Assembly: GCA_963746845.1 (NCBI GenBank)
Contig: CAVVCZ010000002.1
Span: 160,001-224,000 of the forward strand
Origin: an uncultured Chloroflexia bacterium
Lineage (GTDB): Bacteria; Chloroflexota; Limnocylindria; Limnocylindrales; CSP1-4
Direction: 5' to 3'
DNA length: 64,000 nucleotides
A program made the position numbers and the translations under genes. How positions within the stretch are numbered: the first letter of the stretch is position 1; every line of letters starts with the position of its first letter. Under the pieces are notes generated by a model, which saw only the letters and a program-made list of their open reading frames with translations, was not told the DNA's origin and did not search any database. This document shows, piece after piece, positions 42,501 through 52,168 of the stretch.

Positions 42501-42920
42501 GCATTCGAGCGGATCGTCGTCGCGTCGTCGACCCACGTGGTCTGGGCGGCCACGCTCGGCGATGCGCTGAACAAGTTCCTCGCGGAGGAGGCCGGGACGC
42601 CCGGACCGTCACCGTCGCCCACCCCGACGCCCGGTCCCGGCGGCTCGCCCGCCCCGACCCCCAGCGGGACGCCCGGTCCGGTCGGCACGCCGCCCCCTGG
42701 CGTCGCGGCCCTCGTCGCCTACGCGAACGAGCATTTCGAGCTGGCCCAGACGGCCCTCCGGAACGGCGACTTCGCGCGCTACGGCGCGGAGATGGAGCTC
42801 GTCCGCCAGGCCCTCGTCAACCTGGAGGAGCTGACCGGAGGCGCGGTGCCGTCCGGTGCCCCCGTGGTGCCGTCCTCCTCGCCCGCAGCCCCGACGGCGT
42901 CGCCCAGCCCCGCTCCGTGA
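39573..42920 (+). CDS. UPF0182 family membrane protein
   Basis: DPVFGRDISFFLFDLPF, NARLWD, YTHGYG, PRIYFGE, NYIRNSVK, VVRGNL. Confidence 0.95.
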   Translation: MGDLFDEFMKEIRRRQAEAAGRRGADDDHSTEDKEPDEDADDGPRGENEPPDHATDGESRPHLRTVGSTEDDEAEDASEDDEPPPPPVGAGGGGGRDGGSRRGRSAGGPRDGAPSMRSRVTTIVIAILIAFVVLMLVVGIEIWTDAIWFKSVGFDQVFWTRVGVQVALFVAGLILTLVFLLGNVWLAGRLVPPPSREGGGTVRSWIDRFNEAAANADRSRQRGPWDPWGGRGGPTRGPVPVGPVELPDPVPLGRLVIVVVTVLVAIGVAGSVAAAWPTILLWQHGVPYDPSGTVVPDPVFGRDISFFLFDLPFLRFLQAEAIGLLVAALLVTGGRYLVSAMAGSAVFTTRVRVHLGVLAALFLMTIALGYQLDKLDLVHSTRGVATGVSYTDQHAQFLAFDVLTALSAIAAALLLGGAFARVLWPVGITIAVWFIASIAIGRIYPEVVQRFSVIPNQQTLEAPYITNNIAMTRLAYDLNTWVQQSYRGDQPLTAAAVAEDSDTFNNARLWDYRPLGDTLNQLQTIRQYYDFYDVDTDRYQINDQLKQVMLSGREIALDKNPSATGWVNERLVYTHGYGVAMVPVNAVTSQGQPALNIANLPPASTGGAPPITQPRIYFGERPSSYVIVGAVQDEFDFPRGSSDSDVVTNRWTGTTGIKLDTTLTRLLFALRFRDFDMLISNQITDQSQLLMNRSIGERLNAIAPFLRYDKDPYLVIDNAGQLKYIQDAFTTSDQFPNAQGFAPSDLGANTGLAGDSFNYIRNSVKVVMDAYDGTTTFYVADPDDPLIRAWSGVFPSMFHPMSEMPADLVPHLRVPEELFDVQTRMFGRYHVVDPTTFYTNNDLWTVPMGQTNQQSLPTEAYYVVMRMPGTDAADFLILQPMIPASRPNMIAWVAARNGPVDYGKTTVFQFPSQTSVFGPAQVEAQIDIDPEISAQITLWNQSGSTVVRGNLIVLPVGDSLIYLQPVYLASNSSKFPAFERIVVASSTHVVWAATLGDALNKFLAEEAGTPGPSPSPTPTPGPGGSPAPTPSGTPGPVGTPPPGVAALVAYANEHFELAQTALRNGDFARYGAEMELVRQALVNLEELTGGAVPSGAPVVPSSSPAAPTASPSPAP

Positions 42921-43939
42921 CCACGCGCGGCGCGACGCTCGCCGCCTTCCTCGCGGTCCTCGGTCGACCGGCGTGGTGGCTCCTCGGGCTGGCGGGGTTC
43001 CTGGCCCGCGGCGGGATCCTCCTGTTCCTCCTCGCGATCGTGACCCTGCCGTCGCCGCTCGCCGTCTCCAACCTCGTGTCGCCGCTCCTCGTGCCGATCG
43101 TCTTCGGCGGAGTGACGCCGGCCATGGCCGTCTTCTTCGTGGTCGGGATCGCCGCCGTCGCGGCCCTGGTCCTCGTCGGGGCATGGATCGGGGCCGCCAC
43201 GGAGGTCGTGCTGATCGGAGACGCGCGCCGGGCCGCACCGGAGGAGGGCGTCCCGGCCGTTGCGGAACGGGATCCGGGCGGCTGGCAGATCAGCCGTGTC
43301 GCGATTGCCCATCTCGTGGCCCACGTGCCGCTCGCGATCGCGGTCGCCCTCGGCTCGATCCGGATCATCAACGTCGCCTACGTGGAGCTCACGACGCCGA
43401 CCGACATCTCGACGCCCCTGCCGCTCCGCGTGGTCGCCGGGGCCGTGACGCCGATCCTCGCGATCGTCGTGACCTGGATCATCGGCGAGATCGCCGGGGG
43501 CTGGGCGGCTCGCGCGATCGTCCTTGAGGGCCGCTCGATCCGTCACGCGGTCGTCGCTGCGTACGGCGACCTCGTCTCGCGGCCAGGCTCGTCGCTGCTC
43601 GCCTCGCTCCTGACGACCGCCGTGCTCGCGATCGACCTCGCCGCGATGCTGGCGGCCGTGGACCTGGCCTGGACCGCCGCGCGATCGCACCTCGTCGAGG
43701 TCCCCGCCGATCCGGTCGCGATCGGCCTCGCCCTGGCGTCATTCGCCGCGATCTGGGCCGTGGCGCTGCTCGTCGCCGGCCTCATCGACGCGTGGCGGAG
43801 CGTCGCGATGACCTTCGAGGGCGTGCGCATCCTCGCCGTGACGGAGGCATCGGGGTCCCACGCGGACGGGACATTCGGGGCATCCGCGAACGGCCGTCCG
43901 GGGGACTGGTCGGCCGGCAACGAGGGTGGCAGCCTGTAG
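42917..43939 (+). CDS. Hypothetical multi-pass membrane protein
   Basis: GTGA overlap with UPF0182; many TM segments. Confidence 0.7.
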   Translation: MTTRGATLAAFLAVLGRPAWWLLGLAGFLARGGILLFLLAIVTLPSPLAVSNLVSPLLVPIVFGGVTPAMAVFFVVGIAAVAALVLVGAWIGAATEVVLIGDARRAAPEEGVPAVAERDPGGWQISRVAIAHLVAHVPLAIAVALGSIRIINVAYVELTTPTDISTPLPLRVVAGAVTPILAIVVTWIIGEIAGGWAARAIVLEGRSIRHAVVAAYGDLVSRPGSSLLASLLTTAVLAIDLAAMLAAVDLAWTAARSHLVEVPADPVAIGLALASFAAIWAVALLVAGLIDAWRSVAMTFEGVRILAVTEASGSHADGTFGASANGRPGDWSAGNEGGSL

Positions 43940-43986
43940 GCTCGGCCGCGGATCGATCCGGCCGGAACTGCATCCGAGGTTCGCCC

Positions 43987-45300
43987 ATGGCGACGAAGAC
44001 GGTCGTCTGTCCCGAGTGCGGGGCAGGGGCCGCTCCCGGCCGGTATGCCTGTGCCGAGTGTGGCGCGCTGCTCGCGGCCGTCGGCACGTACCCGCGACGC
44101 TGGGAGTCGAGCGAGTCCGTCGAGGTCGTGCCCGAGCCCGCGGTGGACGCCAACGGGGCCGGTTCACATGCCGGCTCCGAACCCGAGGCGGAGGCCGAGC
44201 CCGAGCCCACGCTCGAGCCGGAGCCAGAGCCGGCCCCGGCTCCGGCCCGCGAGCCCGCTGGGGAGCCGGCCCCGATCGCCGCGGCCGTGGTCGTTCCGGC
44301 GCCGGACGCCGTTCCGGCACCGGCGGCCGCTCCGGCAGCGGAGGCCGCGCCCGCCCCGGAGCCAAAGCCACGATCCCGGGCACCCTGGAAGAAGGCGCCG
44401 ACGTCCCAGCCCGAACCCGAGCCCACGGCGGAGGTGTCATGGCCCGAGCGTCCCATGGCCCCGATCCCGACGCGCCCCGTGACCCCGGCGGCCCCGATGG
44501 CCCCGGCTCCGGCGCGCCCCGTGCCGGCGGTGCTCGGGTTGAACGAGCCCGATCCGGCCGCGCCTGGGTCGGCGGCCCTCGACGACGAGTTCGAGGACGA
44601 CCTCGACGACGACGCGAACGAGGACGACTTCGAGGACGACCTCGACGACGACGCGCCGGTCGCGGCGGCCCGGGTCGCCGTGTCCGCGTCCGTCTGGCCG
44701 CCCGAAGGCGCACCCCGTCCCGGACCGATCCCCACGGCGCGGACGCCTGCCGGGGCGTATCTGTCGCCGTCCGCGGTCCTCCCGCCCCTCGACGCGCCGG
44801 CAGCGCCCAGGCCGCCGGCGGCCGTCGCCGCGGCGGTCGCGCCCGAGACGGGCGGCACGAGCGAGCCCCGGGCCTCGCTCGCGGAGACCCTCGGGGCCAT
44901 CGGGATGACGGAGGACGTGCCGCGTCGCCTGATCGGCGCCGGCGCCGCGGTAGCCGGGCTCGGCTTCCTGCTGCCGTGGGCGGCCGTGCTGGCCGGCAAC
45001 GGGCTGGGCGGCAGCTACTGGAGCCGCTGGGGCCTCGCCGGACCCGGCCACTGGATCATCGTCGCGGCCCTGATCGCGTGCGTGGTGGTCGCCCTGACCG
45101 GTGATCGCCTGGAACGGGTCCCGATCGGGCCGATCGCGGTCGTCCTCGCGGCTGTCCTGATCGGGCTGCTCTGGCCGTACGTCTTCGGCGTGTTCGAGCG
45201 GTTCGTGGGTGTCTGGCTCGTCCTGGCAGGCACGATCCTCCTCGGGATCGGCGGAATCCTGGACGTCCGCCGTCACGATCCGGAGGAGCCACCCGTCTAG
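43987..45300 (+). CDS. Zinc-ribbon + Pro/acidic linker + C-terminal membrane domain protein
   Basis: CPECG...CAECG; EP/AP repeats; duplicated DDFEDDLDDDA; about four TM segments. Confidence 0.75.
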   Translation: MATKTVVCPECGAGAAPGRYACAECGALLAAVGTYPRRWESSESVEVVPEPAVDANGAGSHAGSEPEAEAEPEPTLEPEPEPAPAPAREPAGEPAPIAAAVVVPAPDAVPAPAAAPAAEAAPAPEPKPRSRAPWKKAPTSQPEPEPTAEVSWPERPMAPIPTRPVTPAAPMAPAPARPVPAVLGLNEPDPAAPGSAALDDEFEDDLDDDANEDDFEDDLDDDAPVAAARVAVSASVWPPEGAPRPGPIPTARTPAGAYLSPSAVLPPLDAPAAPRPPAAVAAAVAPETGGTSEPRASLAETLGAIGMTEDVPRRLIGAGAAVAGLGFLLPWAAVLAGNGLGGSYWSRWGLAGPGHWIIVAALIACVVVALTGDRLERVPIGPIAVVLAAVLIGLLWPYVFGVFERFVGVWLVLAGTILLGIGGILDVRRHDPEEPPV

Positions 45301-45428
45301 GGCCGGTCGACAGGGGGCCGTTCACCCCCCTGCTACACTGCGCCGGATGTCGGCCCGCCACCCGTGGCGGTCCAGACCGCCGGGACGGCAGCGCTCGACC
45401 GGCCGAACGGAGGCAGGCACCAAGCCGC

Positions 45429-46124
45429 ATGGACCAAATCCTCTCCGGGATCGGTGATGCCCTCGCCGGGTTCTTCGGCAGCCCCGTCGTCCAGTTCGCG
45501 CTTCAGGCGATCGCGATCTACCTGATCATCCTGTGGCTTGCCGGCGCCTACTGGGCCTTCCGCGACATGCAGCAGCGGAACGAAAACCCGATCCTGCCGT
45601 ACGTCGCGGCGAGCTTCATCATCCTGTTCACCCCGATCTTCTTCCCGCTCGCGATCTTCGTGTACAAGATCATCCGGCCGCACGAGAAGATCGGCGAGAC
45701 CTACGAGCGGAGCCTGGCCGAGGAGGCGCTCCTCGCCGAGGTCGAGGCGATCAAGAGCTGTCCGACCTGCGCCCGGCGCGTGAACGAGGAATGGATCATC
45801 TGCCCGACGTGCCGGACGCGCCTCAACCGTGTCTGCCCGAACTGCAGCCGGCTCGTTGGTCTCGACTGGTCCCTGTGCGCGTGGTGCGGCAAGGACTTCG
45901 AGCGGCCGGCGACGGCCCTCGCGGCATCGTCCGGCGGACGGCCGGCCCCGATCATGCCGCTGCCCGCGGCCGACGATCCCGCTCGTCTCGCCCGGACCGG
46001 CGAGACGACCTATGACGAGCCGGAACGGCGAACCGGCACGGATCGCAACGCGGCGCGGAGCCGCTCGTCGTCGACCCGTGCGACCGCCCCGATCCAGACC
46101 CCCGACGTCCTGCCCGAGGGGTGA
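45429..46124 (+). CDS. Membrane-anchored double zinc ribbon protein
   Basis: Two TM segments, then CPTC..CPTC..CPNC..CAWC. Confidence 0.85.
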   Translation: MDQILSGIGDALAGFFGSPVVQFALQAIAIYLIILWLAGAYWAFRDMQQRNENPILPYVAASFIILFTPIFFPLAIFVYKIIRPHEKIGETYERSLAEEALLAEVEAIKSCPTCARRVNEEWIICPTCRTRLNRVCPNCSRLVGLDWSLCAWCGKDFERPATALAASSGGRPAPIMPLPAADDPARLARTGETTYDEPERRTGTDRNAARSRSSSTRATAPIQTPDVLPEG

Positions 46125-47170
46125 GCGGCGCCGATGACGGCGCGCCGATGACCAACGATCCGGACACCGGCGGGCCGCTCGCGCCCGTCCCCGCGCAGAC
46201 CCCGCCCGATCCGCCCGCCCGCCCGGGCGTCGGCTTCTTCACGATCGAGGGGCGCGCGGCGCCCGGGCTGTTCGTCGTCGGCTGGCTGGCGACGATCCTC
46301 GGGCTCGCGATCACGCTCGTCGGTGCCTTCGCACCGTCCGGTCTCCTCGTCTACTTCGTCGGGCCTGCGATCCTCTCGATCGGGCTGATCGCCGGCTGCG
46401 GCAACCAGTCGCTCGAACGCCGTGCTCGGGGCGAGGCGTACGCGGGCCCGTCGCCCTACCTGGTCTTCGCCGCGATGATCGCGGCCACATATGCGATCGG
46501 GTTCCCGGTCGGCGTCCTGTTGCAGGCCATCCTCGACCCGCTCGACGTCGCGGACTATGTCCGCCGGCTGATCGGCGTCAGCCTCCAGGCACTCATCTTC
46601 ATCGGCATGGTCCGGCTCACGGTCGTCGGAACCGGCGCGCTGTCGTGGTCGGACATGGGCTGGCGCAGGCCGGACCTCGGCGCGGTCGGGGACCTCCTCA
46701 CGGGCGGCGTGCTGGCGCTCCCGGTGATCGGGCTCACGTCGATCGTCGCCGCGGTGCTCGTGTCCGTGTTCCAGGTCCAGCCGGAGGCGCCACTGCCGGC
46801 GACCGGCGTCGCGAGCGGGTTCGTCATCCAGCTGATCGCGGGCGCGGTCGTCGCTCCGATCGCGGAGGAGACCGTCTTCCGCGGCTTCGCGATCTCGGCC
46901 TGGCGACGCACGGTCGGCGACAACGGAGCGCTCGTTCGGGCGTCGCTCCTGTTCGCCCTGGCGCACGTCCTCACTGTCGGCGGAGACAGCCTCGGGCAGG
47001 TCGGTGGCCTGATCGTCGTCGGGTTCGCCACCCGGCTGCCCGTGGCGTTCGCGCTCGGCTGGATCTTCCTGCGGCGGGGCTCGATCTGGGCGCCGATCGG
47101 GCTCCACATGGCCTTCAACGGGACGCTCCTGTTGATCGGGGAGCTGGCCGCTCGCGGCGCGTTCGGCTGA
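46121..47170 (+). CDS. CPBP (CAAX protease/Abi) intramembrane metalloprotease
   Basis: APIAEETVFRG, FALAH, PIGLHMAFN. Confidence 0.9.
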   Translation: MSGADDGAPMTNDPDTGGPLAPVPAQTPPDPPARPGVGFFTIEGRAAPGLFVVGWLATILGLAITLVGAFAPSGLLVYFVGPAILSIGLIAGCGNQSLERRARGEAYAGPSPYLVFAAMIAATYAIGFPVGVLLQAILDPLDVADYVRRLIGVSLQALIFIGMVRLTVVGTGALSWSDMGWRRPDLGAVGDLLTGGVLALPVIGLTSIVAAVLVSVFQVQPEAPLPATGVASGFVIQLIAGAVVAPIAEETVFRGFAISAWRRTVGDNGALVRASLLFALAHVLTVGGDSLGQVGGLIVVGFATRLPVAFALGWIFLRRGSIWAPIGLHMAFNGTLLLIGELAARGAFG

Positions 47171-47319
47171 CGCAGCGCCCGTGCATTCGCGGGTGACCGC
47201 CGGATGAGGGTCGCTCGGTATCGTTCGCCGCGTTCCCGGGTCCGGATGGCGGGAGGAATCGGCGGGCTTCCGTCGTTCGGGTCCGGGGACGCCCTTCCGC
47301 CGCCCAGACGAGGTGGCCC

Positions 47320-48069
47320 GTGGACGACCAGACGGCACAGGATCGCGGCCGCGGACCGGGTGCCGGCCGCGTCATCCGGGAGCTCCCCGCCGACGAGCGA
47401 CCGCGCGAGCGGCTGGCCCTGCGCGGTGCCGGCGGGCTGTCGTCGGCCGAGCTCATCGCCCTCCTGTGGGGCTCGGGCTCGCGCGGCCGGTCCGCAGTCG
47501 ACCTCGCGGCAGACGCATTGGGGCGCCACGACGGCCTGACCGGGCTCGCCCGGGCCAGCGATCGCGAGCTCGAGGCGGTGCCGGGCGTGGGCGGGGCAAA
47601 GGCCGCCCAGCTGCTGGCCGCGTTCGAGCTCGGTCGGCGGCTGATGGCCGACTGGCCGGCGGCACGCTGGACGATCCGTTCGCCGCGCGACATCGCCGAT
47701 CGGTTGATCCTCCAGATGGGCCGCCTCGAGCGCGAGGAGCTGCGGGTCGTACTGCTCAACACGAAGAACGTCGTGCTGCGGGTCGCGACCGTCTACCAGG
47801 GCAACGTCTCGTCGTCGCTCGTCCGGGTCGGCGAGCTGTTTCGCGACGCGGTCCGACTCAACGCGACGGGCCTGATCCTCGTCCACAACCACCCGTCGGG
47901 CGACCCGACGCCGTCGCCGGACGACCTCCATCTCACCGCGGAAGCGCTCGCCGCCGGCCGTCTGCTGGACATCGACGTGCTCGACCACCTCGTCGTCGGT
48001 CACGACGCCTGGGTCTCGCTCCGCGACCGGGGCGTTTCGTTCGATCGCCCGGCACGACGGGCCGGCTGA
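47320..48069 (+). CDS. radC: RadC/UPF0758 JAB-domain protein
   Basis: ERPRERL, HNHPSGDPTPSPDD, LDHLVVG. Confidence 0.95.
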   Translation: MDDQTAQDRGRGPGAGRVIRELPADERPRERLALRGAGGLSSAELIALLWGSGSRGRSAVDLAADALGRHDGLTGLARASDRELEAVPGVGGAKAAQLLAAFELGRRLMADWPAARWTIRSPRDIADRLILQMGRLEREELRVVLLNTKNVVLRVATVYQGNVSSSLVRVGELFRDAVRLNATGLILVHNHPSGDPTPSPDDLHLTAEALAAGRLLDIDVLDHLVVGHDAWVSLRDRGVSFDRPARRAG

Positions 48070-48229
48070 CGCTCCGACCCACGATCGTTCCGGAAGGCGC
48101 GCTCAGGCGGCCCGGGTATACTGCACGCGCTTCCCCGCCTGACAGACTCGAACGCGCGATCCGGCCACTGCCCGCATCGGAGCCGCAGCGTTCGCCGGAT
48201 CCACCACCGCGAAGGACCTGCCCCCCGTC

Positions 48230-49282
48230 ATGCTCGACCGCTTCCTCGGCATCTTCTCCCGGGACATCGGGATCGATCTCGGGACTGCCAACACCCTCGT
48301 CCACGTGCGCAACCGCGGGATCGTGATGAGCGAGCCGTCGGTCGTGGCGATCGATGCGAAGACCAAGCAGGTCCTCGCGATCGGGGCCGAGGCGAAGCGG
48401 ATGGTCGGTCGGACGCCGGCGAGCATCATCGCGATCCGCCCGCTCCGGGACGGCGTCATCAGCGATTTCGACGTCACCGAGCAGATGATCAAGTACTTCG
48501 TGAAGCGGGTCCACGACCGGGTCGGGATGATCCCGCGGCCGCGGATGCTCCTCGGCATCCCGTCGGGCGTGACCGAGGTCGAGAAGCGCGCCGTTCGGGA
48601 TGCCGCCCTGAACGCGGGAGCCCGCTGGGCCCGCCTGATCGAGGAGCCGATGGCCGCCGCGATCGGCGCCGGTCTTCCGGTCAGCGAGCCGTCGGGCAGC
48701 CTGATCGTCGACATCGGCGGCGGGACGACCGAGGTCGCGGTCATCAGCCTCGGCGGCATCGTCGTGTCCCGGAGCATCCGGATCGGCGGCGACGAGATGG
48801 ACCAGGACATCGTCACGTTCGCCCGACGCGAGTACAACCTGTTCCTGGGCGAGCGGACCGCCGAGGACATCAAGATCGCGATCGGCTCGGCATATCCCGG
48901 CGACTGGGACGCCCAGCGCGTGTCGCTCCGCGGCCGGGACCTCCTGACCGGCCTGCCGCGGAGCGTCGAGGTCGGCGCGGACCAGATCCGTGAGGCGATC
49001 GAGCCGTCCGTCGCCCAGATCGTCGACACGATCAAGGACACGATCGAGGAGACGCCGCCGGAGCTCGTTGCCGACATCATGGACCAGGGGATCGTGATCG
49101 CCGGCGGCGGTGCGCTCCTCGCCGGCCTCGACCGGCGCGTCGCGGACGCGACGCAGATGCCGGTCCACGTCGCCGACGACCCGCTGACCTGCGTGGCGCG
49201 GGGCACGGGCGTCGTCCTCGAGGAGCTCGACAAGATGGACCGCGTTCTGGTCGCCGACACCTACGCGCGTCCGCCTCGCTGA
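48230..49282 (+). CDS. mreB: Rod shape-determining protein MreB
   Basis: IGIDLGTANT, EEPMAAAIGAG, VDIGGGTTE; TATACT -10 at 48117. Confidence 0.98.
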   Translation: MLDRFLGIFSRDIGIDLGTANTLVHVRNRGIVMSEPSVVAIDAKTKQVLAIGAEAKRMVGRTPASIIAIRPLRDGVISDFDVTEQMIKYFVKRVHDRVGMIPRPRMLLGIPSGVTEVEKRAVRDAALNAGARWARLIEEPMAAAIGAGLPVSEPSGSLIVDIGGGTTEVAVISLGGIVVSRSIRIGGDEMDQDIVTFARREYNLFLGERTAEDIKIAIGSAYPGDWDAQRVSLRGRDLLTGLPRSVEVGADQIREAIEPSVAQIVDTIKDTIEETPPELVADIMDQGIVIAGGGALLAGLDRRVADATQMPVHVADDPLTCVARGTGVVLEELDKMDRVLVADTYARPPR

Positions 49283-49322
49283 CGACACGCACGCCGGGGC
49301 CGATGCCCCAGGGGATCGCCGC

Positions 49323-50300
49323 ATGACCACGATGTTCGCCACCCGCACCGCTCGTCGCCGGGCGGTCGCGTTCGCCATCCTCCTCGCGACGAGCCTGATC
49401 CTCATGGCGATCTCGTCGAGCCCCGTGATCACCGAGTTCCAGAACGCGATGGGCTTCGCGCTCCGGCCGGTCCAGGGAGCGATCCACACCGTCGCCGACT
49501 CCGTCGCCGGGGCGTTCGCCGCGGTCGGCGAGATCGACCGACTCCACACCGACAACGCCGCACTCCGTCGGGAGAACGAGCGGCTCACGGCCGACAACAC
49601 CCGGGCGCAGTCCCTCGAGCAGGAGAACGAGCAGCTGACCACGCTGCTCCAGCTCAAGAACTCGTTCTCGTACGAGACCGCCGCCGCCGAGGTCATCGCC
49701 CGTGAGTCGAGCGAGGTCCGGCGGACGGTGACGATCTCGAAAGGCTCCGACGCGGCGATCGAGAAAGGCGATGTCGTGATCGCGGCCGGTGGCGCCCTCC
49801 TGGGGCGAGTCAGCGACGTCGGGCCGAACTTCGCGATCGTGACCCTGATCAGCGACCGGTCATCGACCGTGATCGGCCAGACGGAGACGAACGCGGCGAC
49901 GGGAGACGTGACCGGCCAGCTCGGCGGGGCCCTGATCATGCAGAACATCGACTCGACCGAGGTGGTCCAGCCCGGCGAGCAGGTGCTGACGGCCGGGATC
50001 GAGCTGCCGGGCGGGATCCGATCGCCCTACCCGAAGGGGCTCCTGATCGGCGAGATCACCGACGTCCGCAAGGAGCCGAGCTCGGTCGTCCAGACGGCCT
50101 ATCTCCAGCCGACCGCGAACCTCGACAAGGTGGCCTACGTCCTCGTGGTCCTCGACTACGTCGGGGGCCTGCCCGGTGCGGATGACACGCCGATCAACTG
50201 CGATCTGACCGGTCAGGGCGGGGCCCTGCCGATCGGCGAGCAGCCATGCATCCAGCCGGGCGGATCGCCTCGGCCGACGGCGACGCCTCTGCTACCTTGA
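49323..50300 (+). CDS. mreC: Rod shape-determining protein MreC
   Basis: TM segment, coiled-coil (LRRENERL), AEVIAR, YPKGLLIG. Confidence 0.93.
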   Translation: MTTMFATRTARRRAVAFAILLATSLILMAISSSPVITEFQNAMGFALRPVQGAIHTVADSVAGAFAAVGEIDRLHTDNAALRRENERLTADNTRAQSLEQENEQLTTLLQLKNSFSYETAAAEVIARESSEVRRTVTISKGSDAAIEKGDVVIAAGGALLGRVSDVGPNFAIVTLISDRSSTVIGQTETNAATGDVTGQLGGALIMQNIDSTEVVQPGEQVLTAGIELPGGIRSPYPKGLLIGEITDVRKEPSSVVQTAYLQPTANLDKVAYVLVVLDYVGGLPGADDTPINCDLTGQGGALPIGEQPCIQPGGSPRPTATPLLP

Positions 50301-50321
50301 GGGCGTGATGGGCATCGCGGC

Positions 50322-51083
50322 GTGAAGGGCATCGTCCTCGCCGGCGGGACCGCGACGCGGCTCTTCCCGCTGACGATCGTCACGAACAAGCACCTGCTGC
50401 CGATCTACGACCGGCCGATGATCTACTACCCGATCGAGACCCTCGCCGGCATGGGCATCCGCGAGGTCATGGTCATCGTCGGCGGGAAGAGCGTCGGCGA
50501 CGTCGTGGAGCTGCTGGCCGACGGATCGCACTTCGGGCTCGATCTCACCTACCGATACCAGCGCGGTGCCCTCGGGATCGCTCACGCGATCGGGCTGGCC
50601 CGCGACTTCGTCGGCGATGACGCGTTCTGCTGCGTCCTCGGCGACAACATCCTCCGGGGCCCCGCGCTCGCCTCGATCGCCGCGGAGTTCGAGGCGGGTC
50701 CGTGGGGAGCGGGGACGCTCCTCTACCGTGTCCCCGACCCCGAGCGGTTCGGCGTCGCCGAGATGGACGCGGCCGGCAACGTCGTCGGGTTCGAGGAGAA
50801 GCCGGCCCGCCCGAAGAGCGACCTCATCCCGATCGGCGTCTACTTCCTCCGGCCCGACGCGTTCGGGGTCATCGACACGCTGGCCCCGTCCGGCCGGGGC
50901 GAGTTCGAGATCACCGACGTCCTGAACCACTACGTTCCGGACGGCCGCCTGTTCAGCCGGATCTACGACGGCCACTGGACCGATGCGGGGACCGTCCCAT
51001 CGCTGATCCGGGCGGCCGAGCTCGCGCGCGACGACGACGACGCCGGCCGGCTCGCCCGGCCCGTCGAGCGGCCGGTCGGGTAG
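50322..51083 (+). CDS. rmlA: Glucose-1-phosphate thymidylyltransferase-like
   Basis: KGIVLAGGTATRLFPLT..NKHLLPIYDRPMIYYP, PSGRGEFEITD. Confidence 0.9.
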   Translation: MKGIVLAGGTATRLFPLTIVTNKHLLPIYDRPMIYYPIETLAGMGIREVMVIVGGKSVGDVVELLADGSHFGLDLTYRYQRGALGIAHAIGLARDFVGDDAFCCVLGDNILRGPALASIAAEFEAGPWGAGTLLYRVPDPERFGVAEMDAAGNVVGFEEKPARPKSDLIPIGVYFLRPDAFGVIDTLAPSGRGEFEITDVLNHYVPDGRLFSRIYDGHWTDAGTVPSLIRAAELARDDDDAGRLARPVERPVG

Positions 51084-51085
51084 TC

Positions 51086-52165
51086 GTGGGGGAGGTCCGG
51101 CCGGACGCGCGCCTGCTCGTCACGGGCGGCGCGGGGTTCATCGGCAGCGCCTACGTCCGCGACGTCCTCGGTCGGCGGGACGGCGCCCGGATCACCGTCC
51201 TCGACAAGCTGACCTACGCCGGCAACCGGGCGAACCTGGCCGCCGTCGAGGCCGATCCGGCGCTCGCCGCGCGCTTCCGGTTCGTCCGCGGCGACATCGC
51301 CGATCCGGAGGTGGTCGGGCCGCTTGTCGCCGAGAGCGACGCCGTCGTGAACTTCGCCGCCGAGTCACACGTCGACCGGAGCATCCTCGATCCGGAGGCG
51401 TTCCTCCGGACGGGCGTCGTCGGCGTCCACGTCCTGCTCGAGGCGGTGCGGGCTGAATCCGAGGCGCGCGTCGCGGGCGGGCGCCCGCCGCTGCGCTTCC
51501 TCCAGGTCTCCACGGACGAGGTGTACGGGGCGGTCCTCGAGGGTCGCTCACGCGAGGGCGACCCGCTCGCGCCGCGCTCGCCCTACTCGGCCGCCAAGGC
51601 ATCGGGCGAGCTTCTCGTCCACAGCTACGTCGTGACCCACGGGATCGACGCCGTCGTCACCCGCGGTTCGAACACGTACGGCCCGTTCCATCACCCGGAG
51701 AAGCTGATCCCGCTGTTCGTCACGAACGCGATCGACGACCTGCCCCTCCCGCTCTACGGCGACGGGCTCCAGGAGCGCGACTGGCTGTACGTCTCGGACC
51801 ATGCCGGCGCGATCGACCACGTCCTCCGGCACGGGGCGAGCGGCGAGACGTACAACGTGCCGGGCTCCGCGGAGATGACCAACCGGGCGGTCGTCGCGGC
51901 GCTCCTCGAGCGGCTCGGGAAACCGTGGTCGCTCGTCCGAAGCGTGCCGGACCGGCCGGGTCACGATCGCCGCTACGCGCTCGACGGCTCGAAGATCGCG
52001 GCGCTCGGCTGGACGAACCAGATGTCGTTCGCCGACGGGCTGGCGGCGACCGTCGAGTGGTTCCGGGCGAACGAGGCGTGGTGGCGCGCCGCGAAGAGCG
52101 GCGACTGGGACGACTACTACCAGCGGCAGTACGGCGAGCGTCTGGCCGCCTCGACCGAGGCCTGA
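51086..52165 (+). CDS. rmlB: dTDP-glucose 4,6-dehydratase
   Basis: TGGAGFIG, DKLTYAGN, AAESHVDRSI, STDEVYG, YSAAK, DRPGHDRRY. Confidence 0.95.
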   Translation: MGEVRPDARLLVTGGAGFIGSAYVRDVLGRRDGARITVLDKLTYAGNRANLAAVEADPALAARFRFVRGDIADPEVVGPLVAESDAVVNFAAESHVDRSILDPEAFLRTGVVGVHVLLEAVRAESEARVAGGRPPLRFLQVSTDEVYGAVLEGRSREGDPLAPRSPYSAAKASGELLVHSYVVTHGIDAVVTRGSNTYGPFHHPEKLIPLFVTNAIDDLPLPLYGDGLQERDWLYVSDHAGAIDHVLRHGASGETYNVPGSAEMTNRAVVAALLERLGKPWSLVRSVPDRPGHDRRYALDGSKIAALGWTNQMSFADGLAATVEWFRANEAWWRAAKSGDWDDYYQRQYGERLAASTEA

Positions 52166-52168
52166 GCG

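Noticed and set aside
44581-44655. Tandem DNA repeat encoding DDFEDDLDDDA twice
   Set aside because: In-frame low-complexity linker duplication within a CDS.
47320-48069. radC as a mobile-element marker
   Set aside because: Full-length chromosomal type in the usual radC-mreB context, with no integrase or transposase nearby.
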